Positions 1-10,691 of a stretch of 64,000 bases of DNA are shown here, in pieces; position 1 is the first letter of the stretch, and each line of letters begins with the position of its first letter. Position numbers and translations under genes: made by a program. This stretch comes from an uncultured Chloroflexia bacterium. GTDB taxonomy: Bacteria; Chloroflexota; Limnocylindria; Limnocylindrales; CSP1-4. The notes under the pieces are model-generated. The model saw only the letters and a list, made by a program, of their open reading frames with translations, was not told the origin of the DNA and searched no databases. The stretch lies in the NCBI GenBank assembly GCA_963778155.1, contig CAVZTK010000006.1, positions 867,702 to 931,701 on the forward strand. The letters run 5' to 3'.

Positions 1-556
<556 letters not shown>

Positions 557-560
<4 letters not shown>

Positions 561-1498
561 GCCGCGATCCGCAGGTAGCGTCGGATGGTCAGCCCGACGG
601 CGATGGCGATCTCGAGCGCGGCCGTCCCGACGTACAGCCAGCCCGGCAGGTCGAGCGACGCCACGACCGAGCTATCGGGGATCGAGCCGAAGATCGCCGC
701 ATTCGTGCCGTCGAGCACGTCGGCCGGGCTGAACAGGATGATGGCGCGGGCGAGGTCCTGGTTGGTCAGACCGCCGATCAGGGCCACGATGATCGGCGGG
801 ATGATGAAGACGGCGATGATCGACGCGGTCGCGTACGCGCGGCGCGGCGTCCAGGCGGCGATCACGCTCGCCAGCCCGCCCAGGAGCCCGGCCACGAGGG
901 CGGCCTGGAGGAGGAAGCGCGGGACCTGGCCGACCTCGTTGGACAGGCCGGTGACCGGGTCGGCGGCGACCAGCACCCGCCCCACGAAGAGGACGACATA
1001 GGGCGTGACCTCGACCACGAAGAGCGCCGCCATCAGGCCGCCGACCTTGGCCAGCGCGTAGTCGGTGCGGGTCAGGACGCGCGAGAAATACAGCGGCAGC
1101 ACGCCGTAGCGCTGGTCGCGCCCGAACAGCTCGGGGGCCTGGGCCGCGCAGAACAGCATGATCAGGATCGAGACCAGCCCGTGATAGCTCTCGTAGCGGA
1201 TCGGGGAGGCGTTGGCCAACGCGCCGCCGCCCGCCTGCGCCGACAGCGCCGCGAACCCGACCGCCAGCACGGCCGGCAGGATGGCCAGCGTTGCCAGCGT
1301 GAATGGTGCGATCTTGGCGCGCCCACCGCGACCGATCCCGAAGCTCGACCGGACGGTCTGCGCGAACAGGGCGAGAACGGCGCTCCGGCGGCCGAGACGC
1401 GGGCCGACGTACGCCTGGTAGCCGAGGTCGTAGATGCTGCCGCCCGGTCCTCGGGCCGATGTCGGGGCGCCGCCCGGCGGCGGTGTCGTCTGGCTCAT
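557..1498 (-). CDS. ABC-2-type transporter permease
   Basis: 313-aa ORF with hydrophobic helices throughout (FTLATLAILPAVLAVGFAAL, IIAVFIIPPIIVALIGGL). ATGA and GTGA start/stop overlaps link it to the ATPase genes on both sides. Confidence 0.7.
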
Positions 1499-2478
1499 GG
1501 GCCGGTGCTCGCGACCGGTGGCGGGGGCGGGGGCGGACTCCCGGCGGCAGCCACGCCCGCGGTGACCGGTGCGGCGGGCACGTCGTCACGGAACAGGTCC
1601 TCGAGGCTCTGCCGTCGCTGCTCGAGTCGGACCAGCCGGAGCGACAGGTCGGCGACCGCGTCGCGGACGATGTCGTACTGGGCGTCCTCGCTGACCGCCA
1701 GCAGGACGGTCCGCCCGTCCGCGACGGCCTGGAGCCCGCGCGCCGACAGGGCGGCCGCGAGCTGCGTCTCGCCGTCCTCGACCTCGACCGCCAGGACGCC
1801 GGTCCGCTCGGTGAAGGCGCCGAGCGGGGCAGCGCGCAGGAGCCGGCCGGCATCGATCGCGACCAGGAAGTCGCACACCCTCTCGATCTCGCCGAGAAGA
1901 TGGCTGGCCACGATGACCGCGATGCCGAACTCGGTCCCGGTCCGGCGGACCAGCGCCAGCATCTCGTCGCGGCCGGCGGGGTCGAGGCCGTTGGTCGGCT
2001 CGTCGAGCAGCAGCAGCCGCGGGCCGTGGACGAGCGCCTGGGCCAGCTTGACCCGCTGCTTCATCCCGGTCGAGTAGCCGCCCATCGCCCGGTATCGCTC
2101 TTCGTACAGGCCGACATGCCGGAGGACCTCGGCCGTTCGCTCGCGAGCGGACGCGCTGGGCAGTCCGGACATGCGCGCCATGTGGCTGACGAAGTCGGTC
2201 GCCGAGGTGTCCGGCGGGAGGCAGTCGTACTCGGGCATGTAGCCGACGAACTGGCGGATGGTCGTGCCCTTGGTCCGCACGTCGAGATCCATCACCGACG
2301 CATCGCCGGATGTCGGCGGCAGCAGCCCGAGCAGGATCTTGATGAGCGTGCTCTTGCCCGCACCGTTCGCGCCGACGAGCCCGATGATGCCCGGCTCGAG
2401 GTCGAGGGTCAGACCGTCGAGGGCGGTGACGCCGCGCGGATAGCGCTTCGTCAGGTTCTGCAGGACGATGAGACTCAT
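1495..2478 (-). CDS. ABC transporter ATP-binding protein
   Basis: MSLIVLQNLTKRYP..., Walker A GANGAGKSTLIKILLG, signature YSTGMKQRVKLAQAL, Walker B LLLLDEPTNGLDP. Uninterrupted 327-aa ORF. Confidence 0.92.
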   Translation of the reverse strand: MSLIVLQNLTKRYPRGVTALDGLTLDLEPGIIGLVGANGAGKSTLIKILLGLLPPTSGDASVMDLDVRTKGTTIRQFVGYMPEYDCLPPDTSATDFVSHMARMSGLPSASARERTAEVLRHVGLYEERYRAMGGYSTGMKQRVKLAQALVHGPRLLLLDEPTNGLDPAGRDEMLALVRRTGTEFGIAVIVASHLLGEIERVCDFLVAIDAGRLLRAAPLGAFTERTGVLAVEVEDGETQLAAALSARGLQAVADGRTVLLAVSEDAQYDIVRDAVADLSLRLVRLEQRRQSLEDLFRDDVPAAPVTAGVAAAGSPPPPPPPVASTGP

Positions 2479-2533
2479 GGGCGGGTCAAGCGTACCCGCC
2501 GCCGACCCCCCGAGTCAGCCCGGCCGTCGCGTC

Positions 2534-4400
2534 AGCGGAAATGGACGCTGGTGGCCACGGGCATCGCGATCTTCACGATGGCGGCGGGCTGCCGATCCGG
2601 CGCCGCTTCGATGGCGATCACCAGCGGCCCGGCGTCGCCGTCGATGACCACGATCCGGGTCGTCCCGTTCGGTTCGAGGAAGAACGTCTCCGAGCCGCCT
2701 CCGAACAGTGCGACGCGATCTCCGCCCGGTCGGCGACAGGTCGATGGTCGTCGCCCGGTGCTTGTCGATCTTCTTGCTTGCCGGCTTGCCGGCGGCCACG
2801 CCGTCAGTCTCGATGAAGGCTTCGACCAGGAGACGGCCGGTCGCCGGCGCGTTCGCCGGGTCGTGAGACGGGTAGACGGTCGTGATCCCGCTGGCGAACG
2901 TCAGACGGCCCTCGTCCCGCGTCAGGGCAAGCACGTCCGATCGCGAATCCGAGACCGACCAGCCACGCGCCGAGCTTGAATCGGATCGGAGGGACGAAGT
3001 GGCTCGGCTCATAGAGACCGGCGTCGAGGCCGCAGGCGACTCCGAAGAACGGATCGCAGGCATCGAGCGTCCCCGGACTGGGTGGCTTCGGGCCCGACGC
3101 CTGGATCGGCGTCGAGGCCGGTTTCGCGATCGCCGTCGCCCCGGGGACGGTGGCGCTCGGTCGCGCGCTTGGCCGGGCCGTGGGGCGGGCGGTCGGACGC
3201 TGCGTGGCGCGCGGCGTCGGGCTGGCGAAGGCGACACCGGTCGATCCCCCGCCCGGCAGCGCGGCGAGCAGCAACGCCGCCACGACGACCCCGACGACCA
3301 GCATCAGGACCATCAGCGGCGCGGCGATGACCGGCGATGCCCGGCGGACGGCGCCGAGGCCGGGCGGCTGCGCGGTGGCGAGACCGACTCGACCCGCTGG
3401 GCCGGCGGAGGCTGGACGGAGCGGGGCCACCGAGGCGGGCATCGGCGGGGCGACCCCGACCGACGAGGGCGCGCCGTGCGCGAGGGCCGCTGCGGCGGCT
3501 GCCAGGGCTGCTTGGTCGGTCGCGACCGTCGGGCTCGACGGATCCGCATGTGCCACGAGGGACTCGAGCGCGGACGCGAACGCCTGACCGTTCGGGTACC
3601 GGCCGGCCGGTTCCGGATCGAGCGCATGGGCGACGATCGAATCGAGCGCCGCCGGTACATCGGGAGACACATCGCGCGGATGGGGCGCCGGGGCGCCGAT
3701 CCGTGCGGCCGCGAGCTTGGCCGTCGACTCGCCGCTCCACGCCCGGCGGCCGGTCAGCGACTCGTACAGGACGAGCCCGAGGCTGTAGACGTCGGACGCG
3801 GCGGTCGTCGTCTCGCCCTTGGCCTGCTCGGGGCTGAAGTAGTGGACCGAGCCCGAGCGTCGTCCCGGGCACCGCCCCCTCGGCGTCGGCGGACAGGCGG
3901 GCGATCCCGAAGTCGGTCACCATCGCCCGCCCGTCGCGGGCCAGCAGGATGTTGCCCGGCTTCACGTCGCGATGGACGATCCCGCGGATGTGGGCGACGC
4001 CGAGGGCGCGGGCGACATCGAGCCCGATCCGGGTCGCCTCGCCCGCGGAGAGCCGGCCGACTCGACGCAGCCGCGCGGCCAGGTCCTCGCCCTCGATGAG
4101 CTCCATCACCAGGAACGGCTGGCCGTCGTCGGTGCCGGTCTCGAGGCAGCCGACGATGTTCGGGTGGCGCAGCACGGTCGCGGCGAGGGCTTCGCGCCGG
4201 AAGCGCATCGCGATGTCGGCGTCCTCGACGACCTCGCGCCGAAGCAGCTTGACCGCGACCGTTCGATCGAACCTCGTGTCCGTCGCGCGGTGGACGGTGG
4301 CCATCCCGCCGACGCCGATCAGCTCCGCCAGCCGGTAGCGGGCCGCGACCAGCCGGCCGACGTCAGCGGCTGGAGTGGCGGGTTCGCGCGGCTCGCTCAC
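2534..4400 (-). pseudogene. Ser/Thr protein kinase (PknB-like: kinase domain, Pro/Ala-rich linker, one TM, extracellular domain); reading frame broken at ~3851, ~2968 and ~2727
   Basis: Kinase motifs GVGGMATVHRA, AVKLL, HRDVKPGNILL and DFGIA lie in the 3009..4400 frame. The activation/P+1 segment SVHYFSPEQAKGE... continues in the 2804..3670 frame after an extra base at ~3851. A TM helix follows (VIAAPLMVLMLVVGVVVAALLLAAL). The C-terminal domain continues through two more frame changes and ends ...IAMPVATSVHFR* at 2534. Confidence 0.85.
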
Positions 4401-4484
4401 GCCGCGACGATAGACCAGGTACCGAGAACCGGCCGAATGGCGGGTCCTGGCCGCTCGACGGAGTGATCGGAGGACCGTGGGCGA

Positions 4485-4745
4485 TCACCGAACGATGAGG
4501 CCGACCTCCGCAAGCCTGTTGATCACGTCGAGGCAGGTTCGCTCGATGGCGTCGTCCCCGCCGGCGTACTTCCCGCCGACGACGGTGATCGTGGTCGTCC
4601 AGCGACCAGTCGACCCGACGGCCCCCATAGAAGCTTCGGCCCGCGCCGACCACTTGCCACCCTCGCACGCGATCGCGAGGCCGCCCACGGATCGGTTTCG
4701 AAAGAAGTCCTCGAGCCGGCTGTGGGCCGACCCTTGTTCGATCAT
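4485..4745 (-). CDS. hypothetical small protein (86 aa)
   Basis: Intact ORF with a good SD (GAGGGA, 5 nt before the ATG at 4745). The composition is not Arg/Pro-skewed, unlike the antisense artefact ORFs. I recognise no family. Confidence 0.5.
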   Translation of the reverse strand: MIEQGSAHSRLEDFFRNRSVGGLAIACEGGKWSARAEASMGAVGSTGRWTTTITVVGGKYAGGDDAIERTCLDVINRLAEVGLIVR

Positions 4746-4913
4746 GTAGGTCCCTCTGGCGTATCGCCCGGCGACGACCCCAAGGTAGGCGGCTCCAAGG
4801 TTCGACCGACGCCCCCTGACCGTACCGTGCGGTCGGGACGATAGTCAGCGCCTAGGGGCGCGTCGGTCCAGAGCCTTGCGAGAGCGTCGGACCCCGCTGC
4901 GAATCGAGGGATG

Positions 4914-4989
4914 TGGAGCGGGAGACGAGGTTCGAACTCGCGACATGCAGCTTGGAAGGCTGCCGCTCTGCCAACTGAGCTACTCCCGC
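4914..4989 (-). tRNA. tRNA-Gly: tRNA-Gly (anticodon UCC), CCA encoded
   Basis: Reverse strand reads GCGGGAGTAGCTCAGTTGGCAGAGCGGCAGCCTTCCAAGCTGCATGTCGCGAGTTCGAACCTCGTCTCCCGCTCCA. It folds as a full cloverleaf: 7-bp acceptor stem, D arm GCTC/GAGC, anticodon stem GCAGC/GCTGC with loop CUUCCAA, and T arm with TTCGAAC. Confidence 0.95.
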
Positions 4990-5304
4990 CCGAGGCAACG
5001 GTGGATCCGGACCCAGACAGGTCAGCCGAGGCACTCGAGCCTCGACATGGACAAGCCTGCAGGTTCCGCGACGCCGTTCAGCGGAGTGTACCAAGCGTTC
5101 GTCGATGACCTTGCGCTCGAAGGCTGTACTACTCGTCCGGGCCGCCTGGCTCGCCGACGAGGCATCCCCACGGGAGTGTCCGCGCGTCGAGCGTGACTTC
5201 GGCGATCAGCGTGTGCACCGATCTGCCGAACGGCTCTCGCAGAAGCGTCCTTCGGCACTCGCCGCCCGCGATCGGGGAGCCTAGCGTTCGATCGGAGGTA
5301 GCCG

Positions 5305-5578
5305 ATGGCGATCGCCGTCCAGCCGATCCGGTCAGATGCGGATGCGCCCGTCTCATTCGAGCCGCTGGACATTGCCGTCGACCGGTGCAAGGGCTGCGGC
5401 CTGTGCGTCGCCGGCCTGCCCCAAGCACGTCCTCGAGCTCGACCTGTCGATCGTGAACGAGCTCGGCTACCACCCGATTCGCCTGACTGACGCTGCCGCC
5501 TGCACGAGCTGTGCGCTGTGCGCCCGGATCTGCCCCGACGCGGTGTTCGCCGTCTTCGCGCGGCCGAGGCTGACCTGA
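5305..5578 (+). pseudogene. 2-oxoacid:ferredoxin oxidoreductase delta subunit (2x[4Fe-4S] ferredoxin-like); one frame break ~5412
   Basis: SD GGAGG lies 6 nt before ATG 5305. The first cluster motif CKGCGLCVA-x-CP is split between the 5305 and 5336 frames. The second motif, CTSCALCARICP, is intact. Confidence 0.8.
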
Positions 5579-5579
5579 C

Positions 5580-6732
5580 GTGACCGCCGTCGTCGACGTG
5601 CGCGGAGACTCTCGTCCGGCGGATGATCCCGTCCGCCCGGTCCTCATGAAGGGCAACGAGGCCATGGCCGAGGCCGCCATCCAGGCCGGCTGCGACGCCT
5701 ACTTCGGCTACCCGATCACGCCCCAGGCGGAGTTGCTTGAGTGGATGGCACGGCGGATGCCGGAACTCGGACGGGTGTTCGTGCAGGCGGAGAGCGAGCT
5801 CGGGGCGATCAACATGGCCCTCGGCGCGGCCGCAACCGGCGCTCGCGTCCTGGTCTCGTCCTCAAGCCCCGGCATCAGCCTCATGGCCGAGGGGATGAGC
5901 TACCTGGCCGGCTCCGAAGCTGCCGATGGTGCTCATCAACGTCATGCGCGGCGGACCGGGGCTCGGGCAGCATCGGACCCTCGCAGTCCGACTACTTCCA
6001 GGCGACGAAGGGCCATGGCCACGGCGACTACCGTGTGCCGGTCCTGGCTCCGTCGTCGATCGCCGAGGCAGTCGCGCTGACCGCGGACGCCTTCGAGATC
6101 GCCGAGCGCTACCGGACGCCGGTCATGATCCTGGCCGACGGCGTCATGGGCCAGGCGATGGAGCCGGTGGTCCCGGTCTACCGGATGCCCGCCCGGACAC
6201 CGGCGGCTGGGAGCTGTCGGGGGCCGTCGATCGGCCGCCGCGGGTCGTCCGCTCGCTGCACCTCCGGCCGGAGGACCTCGAGGCACACAACCGGCACCTG
6301 CAGGCGAAGTTCGCCTCGATCGCCGAGCGGGAGGTCCGCTGGGCGGGCGAGCGACCTCGATGACGCCGAGGTCGTCATCGTCGCCTACGGCACGTCGGCA
6401 CGCGTCGCGCGCACGGCGGTCGAGCGAGCCCGCGAGCAGGGGCTGCGCGCCGGTCTCTTCCGCCCGATCAGCCTGTGGCCGTTCCCCGTCGAGCGAGCTG
6501 TCGAGCGATCGCCCAGGATCTGCGCGCGATCGTCGTCGTCGAGATGTCGGCGGGGCAGATGGTCGAGGACGTGCGGCTGGCTGTCGAAGGACGAACCCCG
6601 GTCTTCTTCCACGGTCGGACCGGCGGCATGGTCCCGACACCGGGCGAGGTCGTCGATGCCGCTCACGCCGAGCGTGGGCACCTGACCGGCCGGCCGCCCG
6701 ATGCGGAGGCGGTGATCCGATGCAGACGCTGA
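5580..6732 (+). pseudogene. 2-oxoacid:ferredoxin (acceptor) oxidoreductase alpha subunit; ~5 frame breaks (~5915, ~5970, ~6195, ~6355, ~6508)
   Basis: N-terminus [35 protein letters not shown]...[20 protein letters not shown]. Later conserved segments appear alternately in three frames: [87 protein letters not shown]. Confidence 0.85.
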
Positions 6733-7511
6733 CATCCGACCCGCGCCGCGTCATCTACCGGCGGCCCGAGCTGCTGATCGACACGTCGACGCACTACTGC
6801 CCGGGCTGCGGCCACGGCATCATCCACCGCCTCGTCGCAGAGCTGCTCGACGAGATGCACCTGGGCCCGACGACGATCGGCGTCGCGTCGGTCGGCTGCA
6901 GCGTCTTCGCCTACGACTACCTGGCCGTCGACTTCGTCGAGTCACCCCACGGCCGCGCGCCGGCGGTCGCGACCGGCGTCCGCCGCGTGCGCCCCGACGC
7001 CTTCGTCTTCACCTACCAGGGCGACGGCGACCTCGCGGCCATCGGCACCGCCGAGATCGTCCACGCGGCCGCCCGCGGCGAGCGGATCAGCGTCATCTTC
7101 GTCAACAACGGCATCTACGGCATGACCGGCGGCCAGATGGCCCCGACCACGCTGCTCGGGCCAGCGCACCACGTCGAGCCCGGCCGGGCGCGAGGCGCGG
7201 CTGGCCGGCTACCCGATCCCGATCACCGAGATGCTGGCGCTGCTGCCGGGCGTGACGTACGCGGCTCGCGGCTCCATCGCCGATCCGCCGCTGATCGGCC
7301 GGACCAAGGCGATGCTGCGCCGGGCGTTCGAGGTCCAGCTCGCGGGTGGCGGGCTGTCGATCGTGGAGGTCCTCTCGACCTGCCCCGTCGGCTGGGGCAT
7401 GACGCCGACCGAGGCGATGGCCCACGTCGCCCGTGACGTCGTCCAGACCTATCCGCTCGGCGTGATGGTGGACCGCGCCGAAGGCCGCCCGCCAGCGCAC
7501 GGGAGGTCTGA
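6720..7511 (+). pseudogene. 2-oxoacid:ferredoxin oxidoreductase beta subunit (TPP-binding); at least 2 frame breaks (~7165-7200 and within 7440-7508)
   Basis: [19 protein letters not shown]...[17 protein letters not shown] motif [13 protein letters not shown]...[15 protein letters not shown]. It continues in the 7231 frame ([18 protein letters not shown]). The only stop placed before the next gene (TGA 7509) is in yet another frame. Confidence 0.85.
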
Positions 7512-7513
7512 CG

Positions 7514-8132
7514 ATGCAGCACGCGACGATCTTCAGCGGGTTCGGCGGCCAGGGGCTGCTGTTCGCCGGGCACGTCCTCGCGCAGGCCGCCGTGATCGAG
7601 GGCCGGACGGTGTCGTGGATGCCCTCCTACGGCCCCGAGATGCGCGGCGGGACGGCCTCGTGCACGGTCATCATCGCCGACCGCCCGATCGGCTCGCCGA
7701 TCGTGGACAGCGGCCGACAGCGTCGTCGCCCTCAACCCGCCGTCGCTCGCGAAGTTCGAGCCGCTGCTCGTCCGCGGCGGCCTGCTCATCGTCAACGCCT
7801 CGCTCATCGAGGCCGAGCCGCGGCGGACGGACATCGAGATCGCGGCCATCCCCTGCTCCGCGCTCGCGCGGGCGGCCGGCGACGATCGGTTCGTCAGCAT
7901 CGTCGCGCTCGGCGCGCTGATCGCCCGGCGGCCGATCGTCGGCCACGAATCGCTTCGGCAGGCCCTCTTCGACGTGCTCGGCACCAAGCGGCCGGAGATG
8001 ATCGAAGCGAACCTCGCCGCCTTCACCAGCGGCTACCAGGCGGCCGTCGAGGCGGCGGCTCGGTCGGAACCGTCAGGTCGGCCGATGGAGACTCGGTCAT
8101 CAGCGACGATCGGGGCGCCTTCGACCACCTGA
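7514..8132 (+). pseudogene. 2-oxoacid:ferredoxin oxidoreductase gamma subunit; one frame break ~7712
   Basis: SD GGGAGG precedes ATG 7514. [65 protein letters not shown], then after the shift [32 protein letters not shown]... Confidence 0.8.
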
Positions 8133-8166
8133 TCGCGCGTCCGTGCCGGATCGCGCGTCCGTGCCG
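8131..8166. repeat. perfect 18-bp tandem duplication (gatcgcgcgtccgtgccg x2)
   Basis: Read directly from the sequence at 8131-8148 and 8149-8166, starting inside the stop codon of the gamma-subunit gene. Confidence 0.9.
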
Positions 8167-8389
8167 GCCGACCGGATCCCTGCAGCTCGCCATAGGCGAC
8201 CGATCCCGTCCGCCACGCCCTCGTGCCGCGTGGTCGGCGTCGACGTCCGGGTGCGCGGGGTCCACCGCCGCGTCGCCGCGCGGACCTGGGGCCGATCGGC
8301 CGCTCACTTCACGACGGCCGGCACATGCGGACACGGCGTGACGGGGTCCATCCTCAGGTTGGATGAATCTCCGTGGGGAGGTGGCTCGC

Positions 8390-9421
8390 ATGTTCCGCCG
8401 TCAGCCAATGGTCGCACTCCTGGTCCTTGCCCTCGTCGCAGCGTGCGGCGCTCCCGCCACCAGTCCGAGCCCCGCAGGTTCTGGCACGCCCACGCCCAGC
8501 GCCCCCTCGCCGACGGTATCACCGTCCGCGGTGCCGTCCGCGGTGCCGCCGACATCTGCCCCGACACGATCGCCGACGGTCTCTCCGGCGACGAGGAGCC
8601 CGGCGGTCCTGCCATCGTCGCCCTCGGCGACGCCCACCACGATGGTCGTTCGCGCGTACTTCCTGCTGCGCGATCCGTTCAGCGGCGGCGAGGTCGTCAA
8701 TGAACCGACTCTCGTTCCGGTCCTCCGGACGGTGCCCAAGAGCACGGCCACCGCGACTGCCGCGATGAACGCGCTGCTCGCGGGACCATCGGCCAAGGAG
8801 CGGGCGGCGGAGCCGGGGATCGTCACGTTGATCCCCGCCGGCTCGAAGCTCCTCGGGATCAAGATCTCGGGACGCCTGGCGACGGTCGACCTGTCTGCCG
8901 AGTTCGCCTCGCTCTCCCCTGACGACCAGTGGGATCTCGGCGTGTTCTCGCTCCGCGGACGTCTGGCCCAGGTCGTCTACACGCTGACCCAATTCACGAC
9001 GGTGGATCGCGTCAACTTCAAGCTCGAGGGTAAGCCGGTCAAGGTGTTCACGTCCGAGGAGATCGTCCTGAACAAGCCTGTCACTCGGGAGACGTACCGC
9101 GACCGCTACCTGCCCCTGATCTTCGTCGATCGGCCGGCGTGGGGTGCCTCCCTCCTGAACCCGGGCCGGGTCACGGGGCTCGCCAACGTCTTCGAGGCAC
9201 AGTTCCGGACCGCCCTGCTCGACAGCAACGACAAGGTGCTGGTCGATGTTCCGGTGGTGGCAAGCTGCGGTACAGGCTGTTGGGGAACGTTCGACGTCAC
9301 CCTGTCCTACCACGTGTCGAGGGCTCAATGGGGGACGCTGCGGGTCTGGGACATCTCGGAGTACTCCGGCAAGCCGGTCGCCATGCGCGAGTACCCGGTC
9401 TACCTCCGGCCGACACCGTGA
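8390..9421 (+). CDS. secreted lipoprotein with GerMN and Gmad2 (immunoglobulin-like) domains
   Basis: Signal peptide plus lipobox MFRRQPMVALLVLALVAAC, then a Pro/Ser/Thr linker. GerMN-like segment: RAYFLL...LVPVLRTVPKSTATATAAMNALLAGPSAKERAA...LLGIKISGRLATVDLS. Gmad2-like end: ANVFEAQFRTALLDSNDKVL...CGTGCWGTFDVTLSY. Confidence 0.75.
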   Translation: MFRRQPMVALLVLALVAACGAPATSPSPAGSGTPTPSAPSPTVSPSAVPSAVPPTSAPTRSPTVSPATRSPAVLPSSPSATPTTMVVRAYFLLRDPFSGGEVVNEPTLVPVLRTVPKSTATATAAMNALLAGPSAKERAAEPGIVTLIPAGSKLLGIKISGRLATVDLSAEFASLSPDDQWDLGVFSLRGRLAQVVYTLTQFTTVDRVNFKLEGKPVKVFTSEEIVLNKPVTRETYRDRYLPLIFVDRPAWGASLLNPGRVTGLANVFEAQFRTALLDSNDKVLVDVPVVASCGTGCWGTFDVTLSYHVSRAQWGTLRVWDISEYSGKPVAMREYPVYLRPTP

Positions 9422-9620
9422 AACGCAGCCGCGACCCGGCGGTGGCCGGCAACGCCTGCACCGGCAAGACCTGGGCGGACATCGAGCGACAGGGGCGGCC
9501 AGCAGGTGGGCGGCACTGCCTGCCTGCCGCTTCCTTCGGTCGGCGGTGGCGTAGCGCCTAGAGATCGCATCAACGACGGATGGAACGGTCCCTCCGGGTC
9601 GTTCGTCGTCCATCGGTGCC

Positions 9621-10106
9621 TCACACGGGCGCGGCGACCATCAGCTGGACGATGGGCATGTCGATCTCGGTCCGGTACTCGCCCGAGGTGGCGCGGCTGC
9701 CAGGTCCGCTCAGATATCGCTCCTGGATCGGACCGGCGGGCTCATATCCGTGGTCCGTGATCCAGTCCCACACCGCCGCATAGGCCTCCCCGAGCTTCTC
9801 GTAAGGCCCGACGTGGAGCGTCCGTGCGACGGTCATCGCCGGCAGGACGCGACTCTCGACCTTGCCGGTTGCGGCGACGGGCTGGTCGATCGGCACGGAC
9901 ACCTCGGCATCGATGCCATCAGCGCCGAACTCGTGGTAGATGACGAATGGCGGCCCGGACGGGCTGACTCCGAGCACACGCAGCCTTCCAAGGAGGTCCG
10001 GAAACGCGCGCTTGATGAATGCCGGCAGATCATCCTGCGGGTGGCGAGCGCGGATCGAGACGATCGCCTGCGCCTCGACATGGCGGGTGGTGATGACGTA
10101 GTCCAT
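9621..10106 (-). CDS. GyrI-like small-molecule-binding domain protein
   Basis: 161 aa with SD GAGGAGGAGG before ATG 10106. The pattern is typical of GyrI-like/effector-binding domains (VEAQAIVSIRARH..., FVIYHEFGADGIDAEVSVPI, ARTLHVGPYEKLGEAYAAVWDWI). Confidence 0.7.
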   Translation of the reverse strand: MDYVITTRHVEAQAIVSIRARHPQDDLPAFIKRAFPDLLGRLRVLGVSPSGPPFVIYHEFGADGIDAEVSVPIDQPVAATGKVESRVLPAMTVARTLHVGPYEKLGEAYAAVWDWITDHGYEPAGPIQERYLSGPGSRATSGEYRTEIDMPIVQLMVAAPV

Positions 10107-10174
10107 CTGCCTCCTCCTCGTATATGGACTGCATTGCTGGAATCACAGATCGCGGCGGCGACGTCCATTCGAGC

Positions 10175-10209
10175 GGCGGAGGTTCGCCCCCTCGGATCGG
10201 ACCTCCGCC
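10175..10209 (-). terminator. hairpin downstream of hsp20 (9-bp perfect GC-rich stem)
   Basis: GGCGGAGGT (10175-10183) pairs with ACCTCCGCC (10201-10209) across a 17-nt loop, 36 nt past the hsp20 stop. There is no U-tract, which is common in high-GC genomes. Confidence 0.45.
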
Positions 10210-10244
10210 TGGTGTTCGCCACTAGCGTTGGTGCCGTGATGTGG

Positions 10245-10691
10245 TCAGGAAACCTCGACCTTGACGTGCGTCGGCTTGACTTCCTCGGTCTTCGGGAGAG
10301 TCAGCGTGAGCAAGCCGTCCTTGAACTCCGCTTTGGCCGCATCGGCCCTGATGGCCGTCGGCAATGAGAAGCTTCGACTGAACTTGCCCTGACTGAGCTC
10401 CTTGTGGATGTAGCCCGCGTCGGTCGTTTCCCTCTCCTCCTTGAAGGCGCCGCTGATCGTGACCACGTCGTCGCCGACCGTCACGTCGACGTCTTCCGGT
10501 TTGACCCCGGGCAAGGCGACCTTGGCGATCACCGCCTCGGGCGTTGTGTACACGTCAAGCGCGGGAGCGGCTTGCCGCTCGCCACTGGCGATCCACATCG
10601 GCCTGAAGAATCGCTCGTCGAAGAGCCGGTCCATCGCGTCCCGGAACGAGACGAGTTCCGACAGCGGTGCCGGACGCCGGATGAGCGTCAT
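10245..10691 (-). CDS. Hsp20/alpha-crystallin family small heat-shock protein
   Basis: Start chosen at ATG 10691 (SD AAGGAGG 6 nt upstream), not at the longer ORF-track start. Alpha-crystallin domain: PALDVYTTPEAVIAKVALPGVKPEDVDVTVGDDVVTISG...GKFSRSFSLPTAIRADAAKAEFKDGLLTLTLPK. Confidence 0.9.
   Translation of the reverse strand: MTLIRRPAPLSELVSFRDAMDRLFDERFFRPMWIASGERQAAPALDVYTTPEAVIAKVALPGVKPEDVDVTVGDDVVTISGAFKEERETTDAGYIHKELSQGKFSRSFSLPTAIRADAAKAEFKDGLLTLTLPKTEEVKPTHVKVEVS

Noticed and set aside
4746-4913. Possible second tRNA, tRNA fragment or att-site duplicate, and hence an integrated element next to tRNA-Gly
   Set aside because: Only weak 5-bp stems and a short direct repeat (gcgtcggtcc/gcgtcggacc) are present, with no cloverleaf. 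No copy of the tRNA 3' end occurs elsewhere in the window, and there is no integrase or mobile gene nearby.
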